Positions 38,276 to 52,230 are shown, counted from the stretch's first letter. The stretch is DNA of 64,000 nucleotides from Amoeboaphelidium protococcarum X5 (GCA_023515725.1 JALDTO010000251.1:496001-560000); one strand, 5' to 3'. The notes: generated by a model not told the origin, from the sequence alone. Program-made: numbers and translations.

Positions 38276-40180
38276 TCATCCATCAACGCGGTTTCGATTG
38301 TAATTGTAAACTTTCAAGCCCGAGTGACCATTGAACGGGTGTCTCCATCCACATTGGAACGCATCCGCCCCATATCTGCGACCTCGGAATGTACTAGAGT
38401 CAAATCCAATGTGATACATGTATAAAGTACTTGAAGCTAGCAATCCACGAGGTTGCTATTCATACAGCCACGGCAGACTATTAGGTGTCCGTGGATCCAC
38501 ACAATTACTGCATTATGGCAAATGACCGCGAAGACATTGTTGTATAAGAATATCCACAGGCCTAGAGAGATAATCTTTTGATCTCAATAACTTTACAATG
38601 TTCAAAGCAGTTGGCCGAGTCATCAGAATGCCACTACCACCTGTGCCAATAAACGCTCCACAATGATCGCCCACTACAAAAGCATGATGAATCAAAGATC
38701 TGAATTATTATCGGAAATAAGAGCACAGAGGCATATCATCTTCAGCCAACATTATGAGATAGGAATCAGATTAGTTTAGTGCATAATGAATACCATCAGC
38801 AAAATCCAGCCGCTATTTCAAATATTTTGAGGTAAAACGCGTCTATTCAGGTACATTTGATTCTTATCGAGATATAAATCGAAAATCAGATCGATCTTAG
38901 TATTTCAGTGCAGCAATATTAAATATTAAATGTTCATCTGCAGTGCTTGAGGTGTAGACTATAATCTCTACTCGATTAAACAAAGGATCAGATAGATTCG
39001 ATGAAATTAACTTAGCGTCATAAGATTCCAAAGTTCTCAACAAATAATCAGGATCACCATCTCTATGGTTTGTCATTATCACTACAGATAGTAATCGCTC
39101 GTACTCTAGTTTAAAACCTCTAACAAGCTCTTTCTGCTGCCAGCTTTATTAAGTTGTAATGCGATTGACAGATAGCCAATATATTGAGAAAGACAGCAGC
39201 AATAGGCCGAGCAAATGAAATAATTTCCAGCTAAATTGAGCACTAGATGATAACTGCCTCTACTAGAGTTAATACGCGTTGCTCTTCAGTATCTCATGTT
39301 AATATTGACTAACATTGGTGTAAGTGAATACAGACTGAGGACGGTGATAGATGCTTTACGGAAATCTCTATCTCAGTGGGCTGTCTAAAGATATCGCAGA
39401 ACTAGCCGAGCTCAACATTGGACTTTCGACGAGTTCGTTGGGTAAAGTAGACAATCTAGCCACCTTTTGCTTCATATTTATAGGCTTTTACCAGATGAGC
39501 ATGTAAATGAATCGTATCAAGAACAATAAGCCAGCAGATGATAAAGTGGCAATTATCGCCCATATTTACGAATTTACAGAGAGAAGTATGATTGCAAATG
39601 AGGAATAGATTATTTAACGAGGATATCTATCGCGGAACTATTTAGATTTTAGTTTCAATTCAGCATCATAATGTTCAGGCTCATATTACCGATAGAATAA
39701 GGATAAATCACTTATAACAACTAGACATAATACTGTAGAGTCATTACGTTCGTAGAAGACATCATGAAAGAACCAATTGACAGCGGCAAATCCAGTCCAC
39801 CAGAAGAATGCCACAGAGTAAAACATTCTGAATGACCAATACAAGATTAGAGGCGCCACAAGACGATAAGGATTCAAATGGTTATATCGGAGAAGGAGCA
39901 TAAAAATAGTATAGAGCCAGAGTGAGAGTTGAAACAATATCTTTATAGTTCCTTCGCGTGCAGGAAGTAAATTGATAGCATTCACGGCAGATAAGGCAAA
40001 TGATTACCAATGACCCAGCCTAATGATTCCATAAGGAGAAGAATCAATATCTAATTGGCTAACGGTGAGTAGAAGTGATAACAGGACAGACACGCAAACA
40101 TAGTATAGTTAAAACAATTATATTCTAGCGTTGCTATTAAGGAACATGCCTAAATTCCAGACTGACAGAACCTCATTCAT
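38276..40180 (-). CDS. Multi-TM domain fused to a GT-A glycosyltransferase (PGAP4/MGAT4-like; 634 aa)
   Basis: One TGA-free frame includes track ORFs 39686-39985, 38897-39082 and 38513-38695. GT motifs VIMTNHR..DYLLRTL, FEKQRLDF, MLAEDD, HIGFDSST. Confidence 0.72.
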
Positions 40181-40251
40181 GTCGAAAGAATGAAGAGAAC
40201 GAAAACGCGAAAGAAGCTGAGCATAAATTCAGAGAGAGAGAATGTTTCCGC

Positions 40252-41313
40252 TCACTTTCGACGTTTCACTTGAAGAACATTCACAGGTCGTTGTTAATCT
40301 TCCATTCGACGCGCTTCCTTCTACCGTTAGCATTAAATTTCTACCGTGAGTGTACTGATATACGGTTACATCAGCTTCAAAAGAGTCACAGAGGATTTGA
40401 GACATTTTGCAACACTCGCAAAAGATAAATGTTAATCTTCATTGTCTTCTCCGTCTTCTTATTCTCCCTCAAGCATACGCAGCAGTTATGAGAGAATTAT
40501 TTCTTATTGAGTGTCTATTCTACATGCAGTCGATTGCCTCAACTCCCCCTTCTCATCGCCATTATCTTTGCTCCCATCCAGATCAATGGAGATCAAGCCC
40601 ACATCACCATTAATGAAATCTTTTGACTAAGGTAGCATATCATTGATTACAGTATTCATAGACAGACTTGGTTTATCTAGCAAGTTTCGGTTAATATAGT
40701 TACTAAACGGGTCATCGTGAAATAGATCCACCTGATCAACAGTTTTATGAGGAAGACAGTACATCCAATCACAGTCTTTCAACTTCAACTTCAAGTCGTG
40801 AGGTAGCGTATTCTTCTATTAGTGCTATGGAACATATAAATATCGCGTCTGAGCTTCACCAATAGACTGCAACACATCCATCCACCATTTGGTTAATTTA
40901 AGTCCTTCTAGTCGACCTTTTGATGTTAGTTTCGATGATCCGCGGAAGAGATACTCTGGATTACTCTTGGCAGTCACAGCGACCCTTTTAACACCATACC
41001 ACTTTCTGCAACATTCCACATGAGACAAGATTAAAGTTGAAATTAGCGGAGATTAAGCGCGTCTATTATCCAGCAAACCTGTGGAATCAACTTTGGACAA
41101 GTACAGACATAGGTTGGGCGATAATTCAGATTAGACTGCAGCAATCACAGACCATTAATTCTTGTAAAGTGCAAAAACAAATGACATTTGCTTCTTCAGA
41201 CCGGCGATAAAAGCAACCTAGATTTACATCTTTGTAAGCTGAAGGAGTGTATGAGATTTGACCATCTTTAAAGCTACTTGCTGGAATACTTATGGATACA
41301 TTTCATCGGTCAT
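40252..41313 (-). CDS. RTT109: Histone H3K56 acetyltransferase Rtt109-like
   Basis: LYLSKVDSTG, AKSNPEYLFRGSS...LTKWW, FHDDP, C-terminal VNVLQVKRRK-TGA. Confidence 0.85.
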
Positions 41314-41665
41314 GTTGAATATATAAAATCGAATCGTTTGATCAAAGAGTTGAAAAAGGCGTTGTGGTTTACGCATTTAAATGCATCAATTGTATAAATT
41401 AAACGCGTAATTTAGATGATAAACCATAGCGTAAATGATCGATAATGCTAAGATAATCGTGGTTTAATTAGACTGTGGCGACTACTGAGATTGACCAGTA
41501 ACATACGCCTAAATAAATTGATGTAACAGCATGGCATTTCACACAGAATTCACATGTTGTTGGTAGTAAGAAATTACCCTCGGAATATTCAAATTGAATG
41601 CTTCTTTGGTTTAAAATAATTAGCAATAAATCTTTACAGTATCATAAATTGAATTGACTATGTAA

Positions 41666-42733
41666 ATGATTGGTTTCAGGTAGTAGCTTGTGGTCCAGTT
41701 GACTCTATTGCTATGCTATTACGGCGTATAGGGCAATGATGATTAAATGTCACGCGTTTAAATGCATTAATCGGCTGGGCCGTCGCTGGCTGTGCCAACA
41801 TAATAGAATCAGTAGTAATCATCACGAAAGCTTATGGTTTGCAGCCAGGAGTTTGATGAGAGAGCTATTGGTGCTCGATTTGGCAAGTATGTACTGGCAC
41901 CTGCTAGCTCTAATGATCCGTAGAATCTCAATTATGGCCTGTTTGATGTAAAGCTAGAGTCGCTGTCGTTCAAAGAGCTGGAAGCATCAAAGCTGAATTT
42001 CTTGGTGCGCAAAGAGAGTGAGAGAATATAGAACTTGGTATAATCTATGCATGCTCTCCCACACATGCATCCGTAGCAGTTTCAAATTGGTAGTAGTATT
42101 CAGTTTCATTAGATGCAACTGCAGCATCTTACAGTTCAGCTTCATTAAGCTGTTTAAATGGCAGAAATTGAGAAGTAGTAACTGTTTCCAGGTGGCATTC
42201 AGCCGCGGAGTGTGATGCCTTAGACGGAGGCGCGCACGCGAGATCACATCATTCTACTGTAGATATGGAAAAGTTTCGTCAACAGGCAATTGTCTCCATT
42301 ATGTGGTCAACTCTCTCCGCTAGATGTGCAATGGTTAGTGAAGCATGTAATTCACGGCAGAAATAATTTGATAATGATGTCTGCGCGGTTGAACACGTAA
42401 ATTAAAGCCGCCTTAGAGTCAACCACATAGCTTACCAAAACATTTGATCAGTTCGCATATATGGATTTATAACAGTTGCAATAATGGAACTATGAAAACG
42501 ATTATATGGTAAACTATCTAAAAAGTCCTCATTATCATTCTCAGATTTCTCAAGTTCTGGAGCTACTGCAATTTTGGCTTATGAATGTTAATATTCCTCA
42601 GCCTTAAGCTAGTTAGATCTACAACGAGTTGGTATAATAGATTCAATAGAAAAATCATTATATGCTTGTACATGCTGAGCAGATTAAGACCAGATTGCAA
42701 TATCTCATATAAAGTTAGACTGGATAGTAATGA
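41666..42733 (+). CDS. Secreted Gln-rich hypothetical protein (355 aa)
   Basis: TGA-free frame with ~30 TAR codons and signal-peptide-like MIGFRQQLVVQLTLLLCYYGVQG. Invisible in the standard code. Alternative ATG at 41660. Confidence 0.7.
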
Positions 42734-42875
42734 ACTATGAAGCAGAAAGTAAAAGATAATAGAGAACAACATTCGATGATGGTTTATAAGAACTAAACAT
42801 GTGCTGTGATGACACTTAATAAACTAGAACTTAGCATCTATCTTACCAATTCACTTTTCATACAAACACCATTTA

Positions 42876-44923
42876 TCAAAAGAGCTTATCAGCATTTGCA
42901 ATAATCATCTCCATAACGCAATTCTGGTAACTCATGTTCGTAATCATCTCCATTCCTTCTACTTGGGCGCGAATCAGAGTTGGCCCAAAAACTATGGCCA
43001 GATTGTTGGTGTCCATCTTATTCTACTCAGATCTCTTACTCACGCGTTGTAAGTGCGCCGCCAGATACTTCAGTGTATCAAAGTAAGGACGCGGTAGTCC
43101 AGCGATGGCCTACTTAGTTGCATTAAATCTCTACTAGTAATCTGAAATCTTACCAGCATTGATAAACGTATCGTAGCGTTCGAATGTCATCAATGGATTC
43201 TGCAACTCTCTAAAGTATAACTTCAGACTACCAGTGATGATACTAATGTCAGACCACTCCTCAGCGCTATAGTCAATTTTACTTGGATCCTCATTGTAGA
43301 GGACTCGAAATTTTTGGATGCTTGCTGCATTACCAGAGAGGCGATAAATACCTACACTATCCATTCCCTTCAACTCAACTTGGGCAACGCACGTCTCCAC
43401 AATTGAAGGAACCTTCTTGTTCTCAGCCTTTACCTACAACTCTAATAGTCCTCCGAATGCTATATCTTGGCGAATTATACCACGCTCTTTCAACTTTTAC
43501 TCAGTTGGTCTATTCTTAAAGAATCCCTTAAGTTTAGTCTTGGCCGCTTCCTGATCCAATGAATCTTCGTCACCAGCCTACTACTTCTTGGCCTTCTTCT
43601 GCTTTTCCGGCTTTGCAGACGTTATGGCATCGATATTCAATACTTCTTGACGCGCTCCAGAAGACTCAAGGATAGCGTCTGACCAAGACTATCTCTCCTA
43701 CTCAGAGGTCGCCTGTAATAGCAAAACATGACCTTCGGCATTCTAGATAGCAAATACAGACCGCTTCTTATCCAGATTTCCCGAACAATCAATCTTGGCA
43801 CCTTTCAAATCCAAAATAAACATTGGCTTATCACGCTTGGTGTCCTTCTTCTTGGCTTATGAATCCTTGTAAAAGTAAATATTGTTCTGAGCCAACTCGA
43901 CGTAGATTGATTTGTTTGACTTCAATGTGGCGGAGCTGTCTCCTCTTCCTCTGCTCAGCATTCCGGCTTTAACTACAGAAGCCACCGGAGGAGCATCATC
44001 AGTCGCCACACCATCCATTTCATCATCTTCATCAGTGGAAGCAAAACTTGTGCCAGGATTATAAGAAGATGCACCACCGAAAGCGCCGCCAACAGAACTT
44101 GATATAGAAGAGGCGATTCCTGGCAATGCAAATGCACCAGCAGGTAGAGATTAAGGTGGCATACTAAATGATCCTTTGTTCTCAGCAACGGACAATCTCT
44201 TGCTCGCAGTACTCGCTGGACTAGAGCTCTCTTTGGAGTTAAGAGAGGCAGCGACATTCATCTTTGGAGACACGGTTGCATCGCGGCTAGGAGGTCTCGG
44301 TGTTGGCGTTTTACTGCGGGCAGCCAACTCTGCAAGCATAGCATTAGACGGACGCTATACATTAGGCATATCACCAGGGGCAGGTTGAGGCTATTAATAT
44401 TATTCAGATGCCTACACAGATAATACATTTAAGGTTATACATGATATTAAACTCAAAATTTTAAATTATAATTTACTCTTCTGCCAGATGGCTTTGGTTA
44501 CCCAGCATTAACAGGTATTTCCATCTGAGGCATATTCAGAGGATTAACAACATCAGATTATCGCTTAGACGCAGATGACATTGTAGGTTTAGTGCTCATG
44601 TTAACTGGAGGCTCCACAATAACTTCCACTCTATTGGCTGGGAAATATCCTCTTTGCCCTTTCAATTCACCTACATATCGTATAATCTCAATCCATGAAA
44701 CCACTGTAAACAACCAATTGTCTTACCTTCCCACCAGTCCTTGTTATGCTAAGCTATTAGTCCGATGATATCACCTTTCAAGAACCTTAGTTCGTTGCCA
44801 TCACTAGGATTATAATCCCACAAAGCTCTACATAATAAAACGAGTAAACACATATACAGTATATTATGGCTATACAGATTTGATATTCAATTCATACTTG
44901 ACTCTCTGAGGTTATGTTGCCAT
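42876..44923 (-). CDS. SH3-PH-RhoGAP protein; introns 44828-44897, 44671-44726, 44412-44476
   Basis: SH3 ALWDY...WWEG...GYFPAN, PH KAGMLSR...FLLQATSEQERQSWSDAI, RhoGAP GIYRLSGN, LKLYFREL, NKMDTNNLAIVFGPTL. Exon phases are consistent. Confidence 0.92.
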
Positions 44924-45390
44924 TATCAATCCAATTTGTACAATGTCGATGATGATACTTTGTTATTTAGGGATAAGATGAAACAAATTCACTGAATCGT
45001 ATGATAATATCACAGTAACAATAATAACAACAACAACAATTGAAACAATAATCTTGCTAATGATTAAAAACTGAGAAAATATTGCGAGAACAATTGAAAC
45101 AGACATCTTGAAACAGTTCGTCCATTCATTAAGCTGGTTGTCAGCCGGCTGGCCCAGATAGATTTTGTGCCCGTCTATAAATACAACCAGATCAATCAAT
45201 CAGGTGTTGGGCTCACATAATGGCAATTTGTTAATTAGCATATTTTTATATCTCTTTGCTTAGCAATCAAACATTGACAGTCTCTATCCGCCTTTTTCTG
45301 CTCACTCATACACACGTCCATTTATACTTTTGGCCTCGTCGCTTACGCCTTACTAATTATTATATTTACCTTTGTGCTCTATACGAAAAA

Positions 45391-46236
45391 ATGGTCTTGG
45401 ATACGTTTGCTGGCTTTCTATCTCTGGCCATTATATAATTTGCAATGATGGTGCTGTATGGTGGCGTGGAAGTGCTTCTACGCGGCTGGGAATCGCTATA
45501 CTCTAATACCATGAATTTCTACATTATCCTGATGTGTAGCTGTGCCACAATGATGCATTCTGTCGCGTGTGCCTCTAACGTTGGGGCTATATCGCCTGCT
45601 TGGATCACAACTTTACTGTATTATCCTACACTGTCTGTTGGCGAGATTGCTTTCATGGTCTTCTTGTACAGAAGGACAATTTTTATGGTCAAGGAGACGC
45701 GATGGGATTATGTTGTGCGATACACCATCGTGGTAGCCTCGTTGCTAGCATTTGTATAAGCATTTTACTTTCTCGCCGGTTTGACTGGTAACAGGTCACT
45801 GGGTAGAGCCTTCTAGTTCATTATTGGTGCAACTGGCTTGCTAGCTGTCGGTCTTGATTTGCTATATGTATATCTACTGCTCAGTTTCTAATCGTAAACT
45901 CAAAATCCCAAAAAGTCGCAAATTATTATTGTTCGATTTACATTGGTAACAACCCTTTTGAGTATATTGACTGTGATAACTTATGGAATAGCCATTACAA
46001 CTAGTATTAATGACATGGTATTCGTATCTGCTGTATTCCTGATGCTTGTACCCCTCTCAATGGTATTTTTAAAGTTGGTGTTAAATTCACAAGATACCGA
46101 AGCGATAACAACCATGATGAATAAACGCGGCTTCACAGCGTCGAGAACAGGACGCGCAATTGAGACTACAGCCTCAGTTATAGCCGGAGAGGGAGTCATC
46201 AAATCTATCGCTGTACCAAATGATGCTGATTATTGA
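45391..46236 (+). CDS. Seven-transmembrane (GPCR-like) protein (281 aa)
   Basis: About seven hydrophobic segments in one frame (track ORFs 45445 and 45943 joined by TAR) and a polar cytoplasmic tail. Confidence 0.7.
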
Positions 46237-46404
46237 AGTATATAGTCAGAATAATAAATGTCAAATTGTGATATATTTGTGTACAATATGAATGAACTGA
46301 TGTGGTTTAGCTCTCATTTGTCTTAAATCTTTTAAAAGCGCACGCGCAAACCTTTAATCATATCTTTCTCTCCCTTATTCCGTGCTTAAAAACAGTTACA
46401 TGAA

Positions 46405-47391
46405 ATGACCCAGAGTATAATGAGCTGCGATGAGCCCGAAGATTGGCCTCAGGAATTTTAAGAATTTAGGAGTATTGACTCGATGCTGAGATGTTTGGCT
46501 TGTAAAGAATTTCTTACTGCAGGAACTAGGATGGTTGTTCCATGTTGTCACAACTTTCATTTTGAGTGTCTTCAACGTGCTCTCTAGTCGCAGATCACCG
46601 CTGATAAGTCTTGTCCTGCCTGTAGATTGGCCATTCAGAGTCAGAAGTAGAGCATAATATCGAACAAGCACGTGGATGACTTGTGCAAATTATTCATCCA
46701 AACTCGTCCTAGAGCGTTATCTGCTCTAAACTCTGCCACGCATTAATCGTCCTCTCTGTACAGTAAGGAATAAGTTGAAACGGAACGTATCGATCATCGC
46801 GAGACTTTGACGCCAATTATGGGGGACGAGCGTAGGAGAAAGTAGAGATCTACTCGTGTGGTTGACTCGTATAGAAAGTGCATGGTCTGCGGTAAAAGTT
46901 CTGATGTGTCGGAACAGGAATTTACCCTCCATGTTAATAAGTGTCTAGACGGAGTAAAAGATGTCAATTTTGGTGTACAGTAATAAAACTAGCAATTAAG
47001 TGAAAGGCCGGTAAAGAGACACAAAGATTAAAATGATGATACATTCACAAGACCTAAAAAGTAAGAGGGGAAGAAGCCTATTAAGATCTACCTGCCTGCG
47101 ATGAAGGACGCTGACATTCGCAACCTATTGAAATAGTACAATATTCCGGTGAATGGTTCTGCCACTGATAGGATGCGACGGTTATAAGATTACATCTTAA
47201 TGTGGAACGCGTCGTGTGAATCCCTAGATGGTAGATCGTCTAAAGATATCGTGGAACAAGTGATGGCTAAAGAAGAGAGTTCCACTCAGTCCGTTAGAAA
47301 ACAGTCCAAACAGGCTACTGATGATCATTTTGCTGAACTTATTGCTCAAGCTAAAGCAGGTCTTAAGAGAGGTAAAAAAGATAGTCTTTGA
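46405..47391 (+). CDS. RAD18: E3 ligase Rad18-like (RING + UBZ + SAP)
   Basis: IDSMLRCLACKEF...CCHNFHFECL...CPACR, UBZ CMVCG...HVNKCLD, SAP MKDADIRNLLKQYNIPVNG...YILMWNASCES. Confidence 0.88.
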
Positions 47392-47469
47392 TTATTACCG
47401 TAATTTTTGGGCTACAGTCTTCAATATAATTCATAACCACGTCTATCAACTTCATCATTAAAATACTAA

Positions 47470-48135
47470 TCAAACTATTTGCATAGATTCAATCAACTCT
47501 GCTATCAGCGATTCTTCTGGATTTTCCTATACTAGTAATTCTATAGTCACCTCACGACATTTCAAGGGCAAAGAAGCAAAGACATCGAGTAATGTCTCAC
47601 GAGGAGTCTCCTTATCACGATCTAGCTAATCCGTAAACCATCTTGCTCCCATCACAGGATCGGCCAGACTAACCTCTTGAATGAGAGCAAGTTTAAACTG
47701 CCAACTACTTTGCGGAATCTGCTGAAAGCAATACTCCAAACTGGAAGCCTTCCATCCATTAAATGAGTTGAACAGAGATCTCATCGCGTCAATAAGTGAG
47801 AGACGACAGACTTGATACAACACCGAGGCGCGCATACATTAGCACACATGATCTTGGTTAGACAGCAGCTTTATAGCAGCTTCATTCTGACCATTCTTAA
47901 ATCTGTAGATAGCCAATCTTTTAATAAAATCAGAAGAATGGCATGCACTTAGATCTTGAAGATCCGGATTCGATCTATAGACATGAGCACTAGCTTTGTT
48001 CACGAGGAAACCGTGTTTTGATTTCGCTCTGCTGAATATGTTCATCAAAACAGGTGCAGGTAGTTCAGCAAATTCTGCTCCCACAGCTACAGCTATCCAG
48101 AGCAACAAAGGTAGTACAAAAAATGCTTTCACCAT
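47470..48135 (-). CDS. Secreted protein with F-box-like N-terminal motif (221 aa)
   Basis: Signal peptide MVKAFFVLPLLLWIAVAVGA followed by FAELPAPVLMNIFSRA. Track ORFs 47839-48135 and 47626-47835 are in frame. Confidence 0.75.
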
Positions 48136-48418
48136 AACTATGTGGCAATTTTAAAAGATGAAGACTAAAAAGGGAATGATGATATGATCTGCTCTTTTAT
48201 TTGCGATTTTTACACAATTTGACGTGATTTGAACGCCTTGAAACTGCCCCCCTTGATTTTTACGTGATTTGAACTTCAGGCTCCTTAAAAGAGAATTGAT
48301 ACAAAATACAAACCATATATTGAAAGAAAGTAATGCTCATAAACAGAAGAAGCAGAAACATAACGCTACATTAAAAGCTGACATTTGACAAATTCACATG
48401 AAATATCATAACGCGTGC

Positions 48419-49903
48419 TCATTACAAAATACTAGCAATCTCGTCAACAGATCTGCCTTTGGTTTCCGGCATCATGTAGAAGATGACACATGCAGTACCA
48501 AAGGTGATCACTCCAAAAGGTACGAAGGTGTACGCTTTTAGATAGAGCAGCATCTGCTCAAAGAGCAGTGATACCAGAAAGTTGGACAACCAATTGACAC
48601 AGACACTTACGGAACTGGCTGGAGACACTGCATAAGTTGGGAAGATCTCTGGGATTATCAACCACGGGATAGGACCAAGCCCAATAGCAAACATGGCTGT
48701 AAATAGCGCCACAGCAATAACTACTACTATACCAGAATTAGCCAAAGATGCAGCGACTACCACAAGACAAAGAGCGGCAAGTCCAAGTTGACTGGTTAAA
48801 AGAAGAATTCGTCTACCAGCACGATCCATCAAGGCCAATGACAATAAAGTGCTCACCAAATTAACAATTCCTACACCAACGGTCACCAACTTTTCCTGGC
48901 CAGGGAACACGTCCTTAAAAATTGCAGAAGAATATTACATCACACCGTTGATTCCGGATAATTGCTAAGCCAATTACGCAGTCAAACCGATGATAAGAGC
49001 CTTTCTCAGCGATTTGCGGGTAAACAGCTGCGCGATGCTCAAATCTCCGCTTTCAGAGGAAGATTCACGCTAAGACACAACCAGAGCGTCCAACTCGAGA
49101 CCAACTTGACGTGACGCACGCAACTTGGCCAGGGACATCTCTGCCTCATACATTTTACCACGCTGAACCAAATAGCTCGGCGATTCTGGACAGAAGAATA
49201 ACGCAACCAACTGAATAAAAGCTGGAATCGCAGCACCTGCCAAAAGTAAACGCCAACCAGGAACGGTGGATAGCCACAACCCAATGACCTGAGATGTGAG
49301 AATACCTATAACAACAGCCAACTGGTTCAGAGTGCCCAAAGTACCGCGCTACTTTATCGGACTTATCTCACTAATGTACAAAGGTACAGCGGATGTAGCA
49401 ACACCACAGCCAAAGCCAACTAGCAATCTGCCGGCAGCTAGTGTAATCACATCAACAGATAGACCCATCAAAATGCTTGAAGCCAAAAGAATCAAAGTGT
49501 TAAACTACAAAGTCTTTTTGCGTCCAAGTGAGTTACAAAGCTTGCCGCCCAGCAAGCCACCAAACAGCCCACCGATAGCAAAAATTGCCACAACGATACC
49601 CCACTCGAGCGTACTCATATGAATACAGCTAGGTAATTTGGCATCTTCATCCAGCTCACACGTTAATATTATTTCTTTGGGATTGTTGACAACTACACAA
49701 AGTGAAAAAGATAATCATCAGTGAATTACAGTGATAATAGAGATCTCACCTCCTATGCTCCAACCAAAACAGAATGAAGAGAGAATAGCACTAAACACAG
49801 AGAAGAATAAAGCACCAGTCAGACGTTGCGAAGATACAGATGGAGCATCCAGCAACGGAGCTGCAGAATCGCTGTCTCTTCTTTTGCTATAATCAAACGC
49901 CAT
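48419..49903 (-). CDS. MFS sugar porter (GLUT/HXT-like); intron 49693-49749
   Basis: GRK, GRLLVG, YISEISP...GTLNQL, CPESP, QQYSGIN (TAG-CAA), DRAGRR, GLGPIPW, PETKG. Ends TAA-TGA. Confidence 0.95.
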
Positions 49904-50502
49904 TTAAAAAACGTATTAATATGCTTTTTTTAATCGGATAACGATAACTCGCGTGTCCAGAAAATTCCTCGCGGGGAGGAAATACTGAAATTTAGATTGA
50001 TAGGCGGAGGGAGTTTATGAATCATTGACGGTCTTTTGATGATATCACAGAATGATGTGAGTTGCACGTAATGTGTGAATAGAGCTATTTGCGATAAATG
50101 AAGAATCCCTGTTTAAATGCGTTTTAATACTCTACAGCCTGAATTTATTCGTTGTGGGACAATCAACTGCTACTTAGGATGAGCGGAGTCTAAAACGCGT
50201 CTAAGACGTTCATTGCTCTGTGAAGGTGATAAACAGATTAACGATATAAAGGGCCAACCGCACTGTAATATTTCATAAAAGCAGCTCGTAAATATTGGTA
50301 TAAAATATTGTGTCTGTTTTAATGTTCAGACTCTTGAAGCTGTCGGTCTGATTTCAGCAAACTTCCCGTTGATAAGACTAAAATTTATATAAAGAATCTA
50401 TAGATTTGCATTTGCTTGTCATGACTTGAAATATTTCTTAAAGTAACAGAAAATGAATACAATTTCTCATTTATTATTATTATAATTTCCTATAGAGAGT
50501 GT

Positions 50503-51528
50503 TCATGCAGCCGAAGACTTTTTAATCGTTTCATCGTGGCTATTGACAGGCAAGCGGAAGCACGATCTATCAGTCAACAAGTCCATAAAATTTCTCCAAT
50601 TCACAAGCATAAAGAAGGTTGCACTAGTAAATATCAACACCAGAGATGGAACCAGGAGTGACAGAGTGAATGGGAACCATCCACTGCCCATGTTTGGAAC
50701 ACAGTCTTCACCATCACCGCAGTACACGGTGGAGATGATCAGTTCCGCCAAAAAATGATATATAATGTAACCATGCATAGTAAACGCGCCAAACCATTAA
50801 ATGCCAGACTGCAGGCGAGAATAGATGATGCGCTGAGCAAAATAAGTCATCAGCTCAACAGCGATTACCCATGAGCACAATGCAAAGTGGTTAATGTCAA
50901 ATCTTGGGATGAGTCCAAAAACACTGCACAACGCCAAAACCAGTACCAAGACATTTCCGTACTAAAATATAGCAATAACTATCTAATACGCGAGCAATAC
51001 TTAATCGGCGTACTTATCCTTGAACGCGAGACCATTATTTGCGATTGAACCCGCAACTTTAGCAGATAGTGCTGGTGATGATGATGCTGTCAAGAATAGT
51101 TTCCAGTAATACTCATGGAACATGGCACCATTAATCAGCATGTAGCCACAGTGGACGGCAATCAAAACGTAAAGATGCGCCTTGTTCAATAGTCCATCTT
51201 TTTTATCATAACTCAACGCCACACGCACATGAGTCAACAGATAACCCAGCGTAGCACCCATATAGAAGTGAAAGGTCGCGTGCTATTCTTCGGTGGAATC
51301 CTCCTTTGGCCAGTGCGCGTACAGAGTGCCAATAACAAACGCAGAATACATGATGATTAGAGGCGCCAAGGCTTCATTGAACACGGCATACTACTTCAAA
51401 TAGGGAATGTATGTGCACATTCCCAACGCGAAAGCACAAGACAGCACACCAAAGATGACGATATTCAAAATTGCATACAATTTAATGGCGATTTCTTTCG
51501 CCGATGGAAGTCCAAATGTAAAAATCAT
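50503..51528 (-). CDS. Multi-pass membrane protein of unknown function (341 aa)
   Basis: One frame containing track ORFs 51001-51261 and 50503-50778, with many hydrophobic segments and a TGA stop. Confidence 0.75.
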
Positions 51529-51789
51529 TTCGTGATTATATACAATTCAAGGTGTCGTTATTAATGGAAGTAAGAGGGAAATCTTAAAGGTGGATTAAGC
51601 CTCTCTCTCTGTTCATAGCTCCTTCAGGGGTCAGCCTTGAAATCATACTGGGAGAGGCAGACTATATGGAGCTCAAAACAATGCCATAGTTAAAAAACAA
51701 TATGTTATTAGTCGCAATTTCAGTAGATAATTGTTCACAAATAATCACCTTCATTCAGATCGGCAATTTAGTCGTGATAAGTTCTAAAA

Positions 51790-51915
51790 CTGGTGTCTAA
51801 ATGTTAGGTGGGTCACTGAGCACAGCAGTGAGGACACCAGAAGATTAGGATACACAGTCCTGATGGGAAACACAGCCCGGATGAGCATACAAGCTCGGAG
51901 AGAAGACACAGCTTC
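51790..51915. other. Cluster of five short hairpins with ACACAG-like loops
   Basis: TCACTG-agcacag-CAGTGA, AGGA-tacacag-TCCT, GGG-aaacacag-CCC, GAGC-atacaa-GCTC, GAAG-acacag-CTTC. CTGGTGTC/GACACCAG encloses the first. Confidence 0.55.
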
Positions 51916-52230
51916 CATTACTATTTTATTCACTCATAATATTCACTAAATTCATGTTCATTGATTGTATGGGAAAGAGGCGCGTCTCCTTGATCACTCC
52001 TTGATGATTTCAACTCTGACAACCTTCGACACATTCCACTCGTCTAACACTAAAGGGCTCCGGTTGATTGATTGTCATCCAATCATGAGCATCATCAATA
52101 TATTGCGTGCTAATTACAATTTATTTTTACGTCAATCTATATTTATTTAGTCAAGACAATTCAGACAATAATCATTGTCTTTGCAATATCATTCAACTTC
52201 ATTCACAACAACAATAATTACCTCGGTGAA

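Noticed and set aside
51790-51915. CRISPR-like array or telomerase RNA
   Set aside because: No identical direct repeats with spacers, eukaryotic context, and no clear telomere template.
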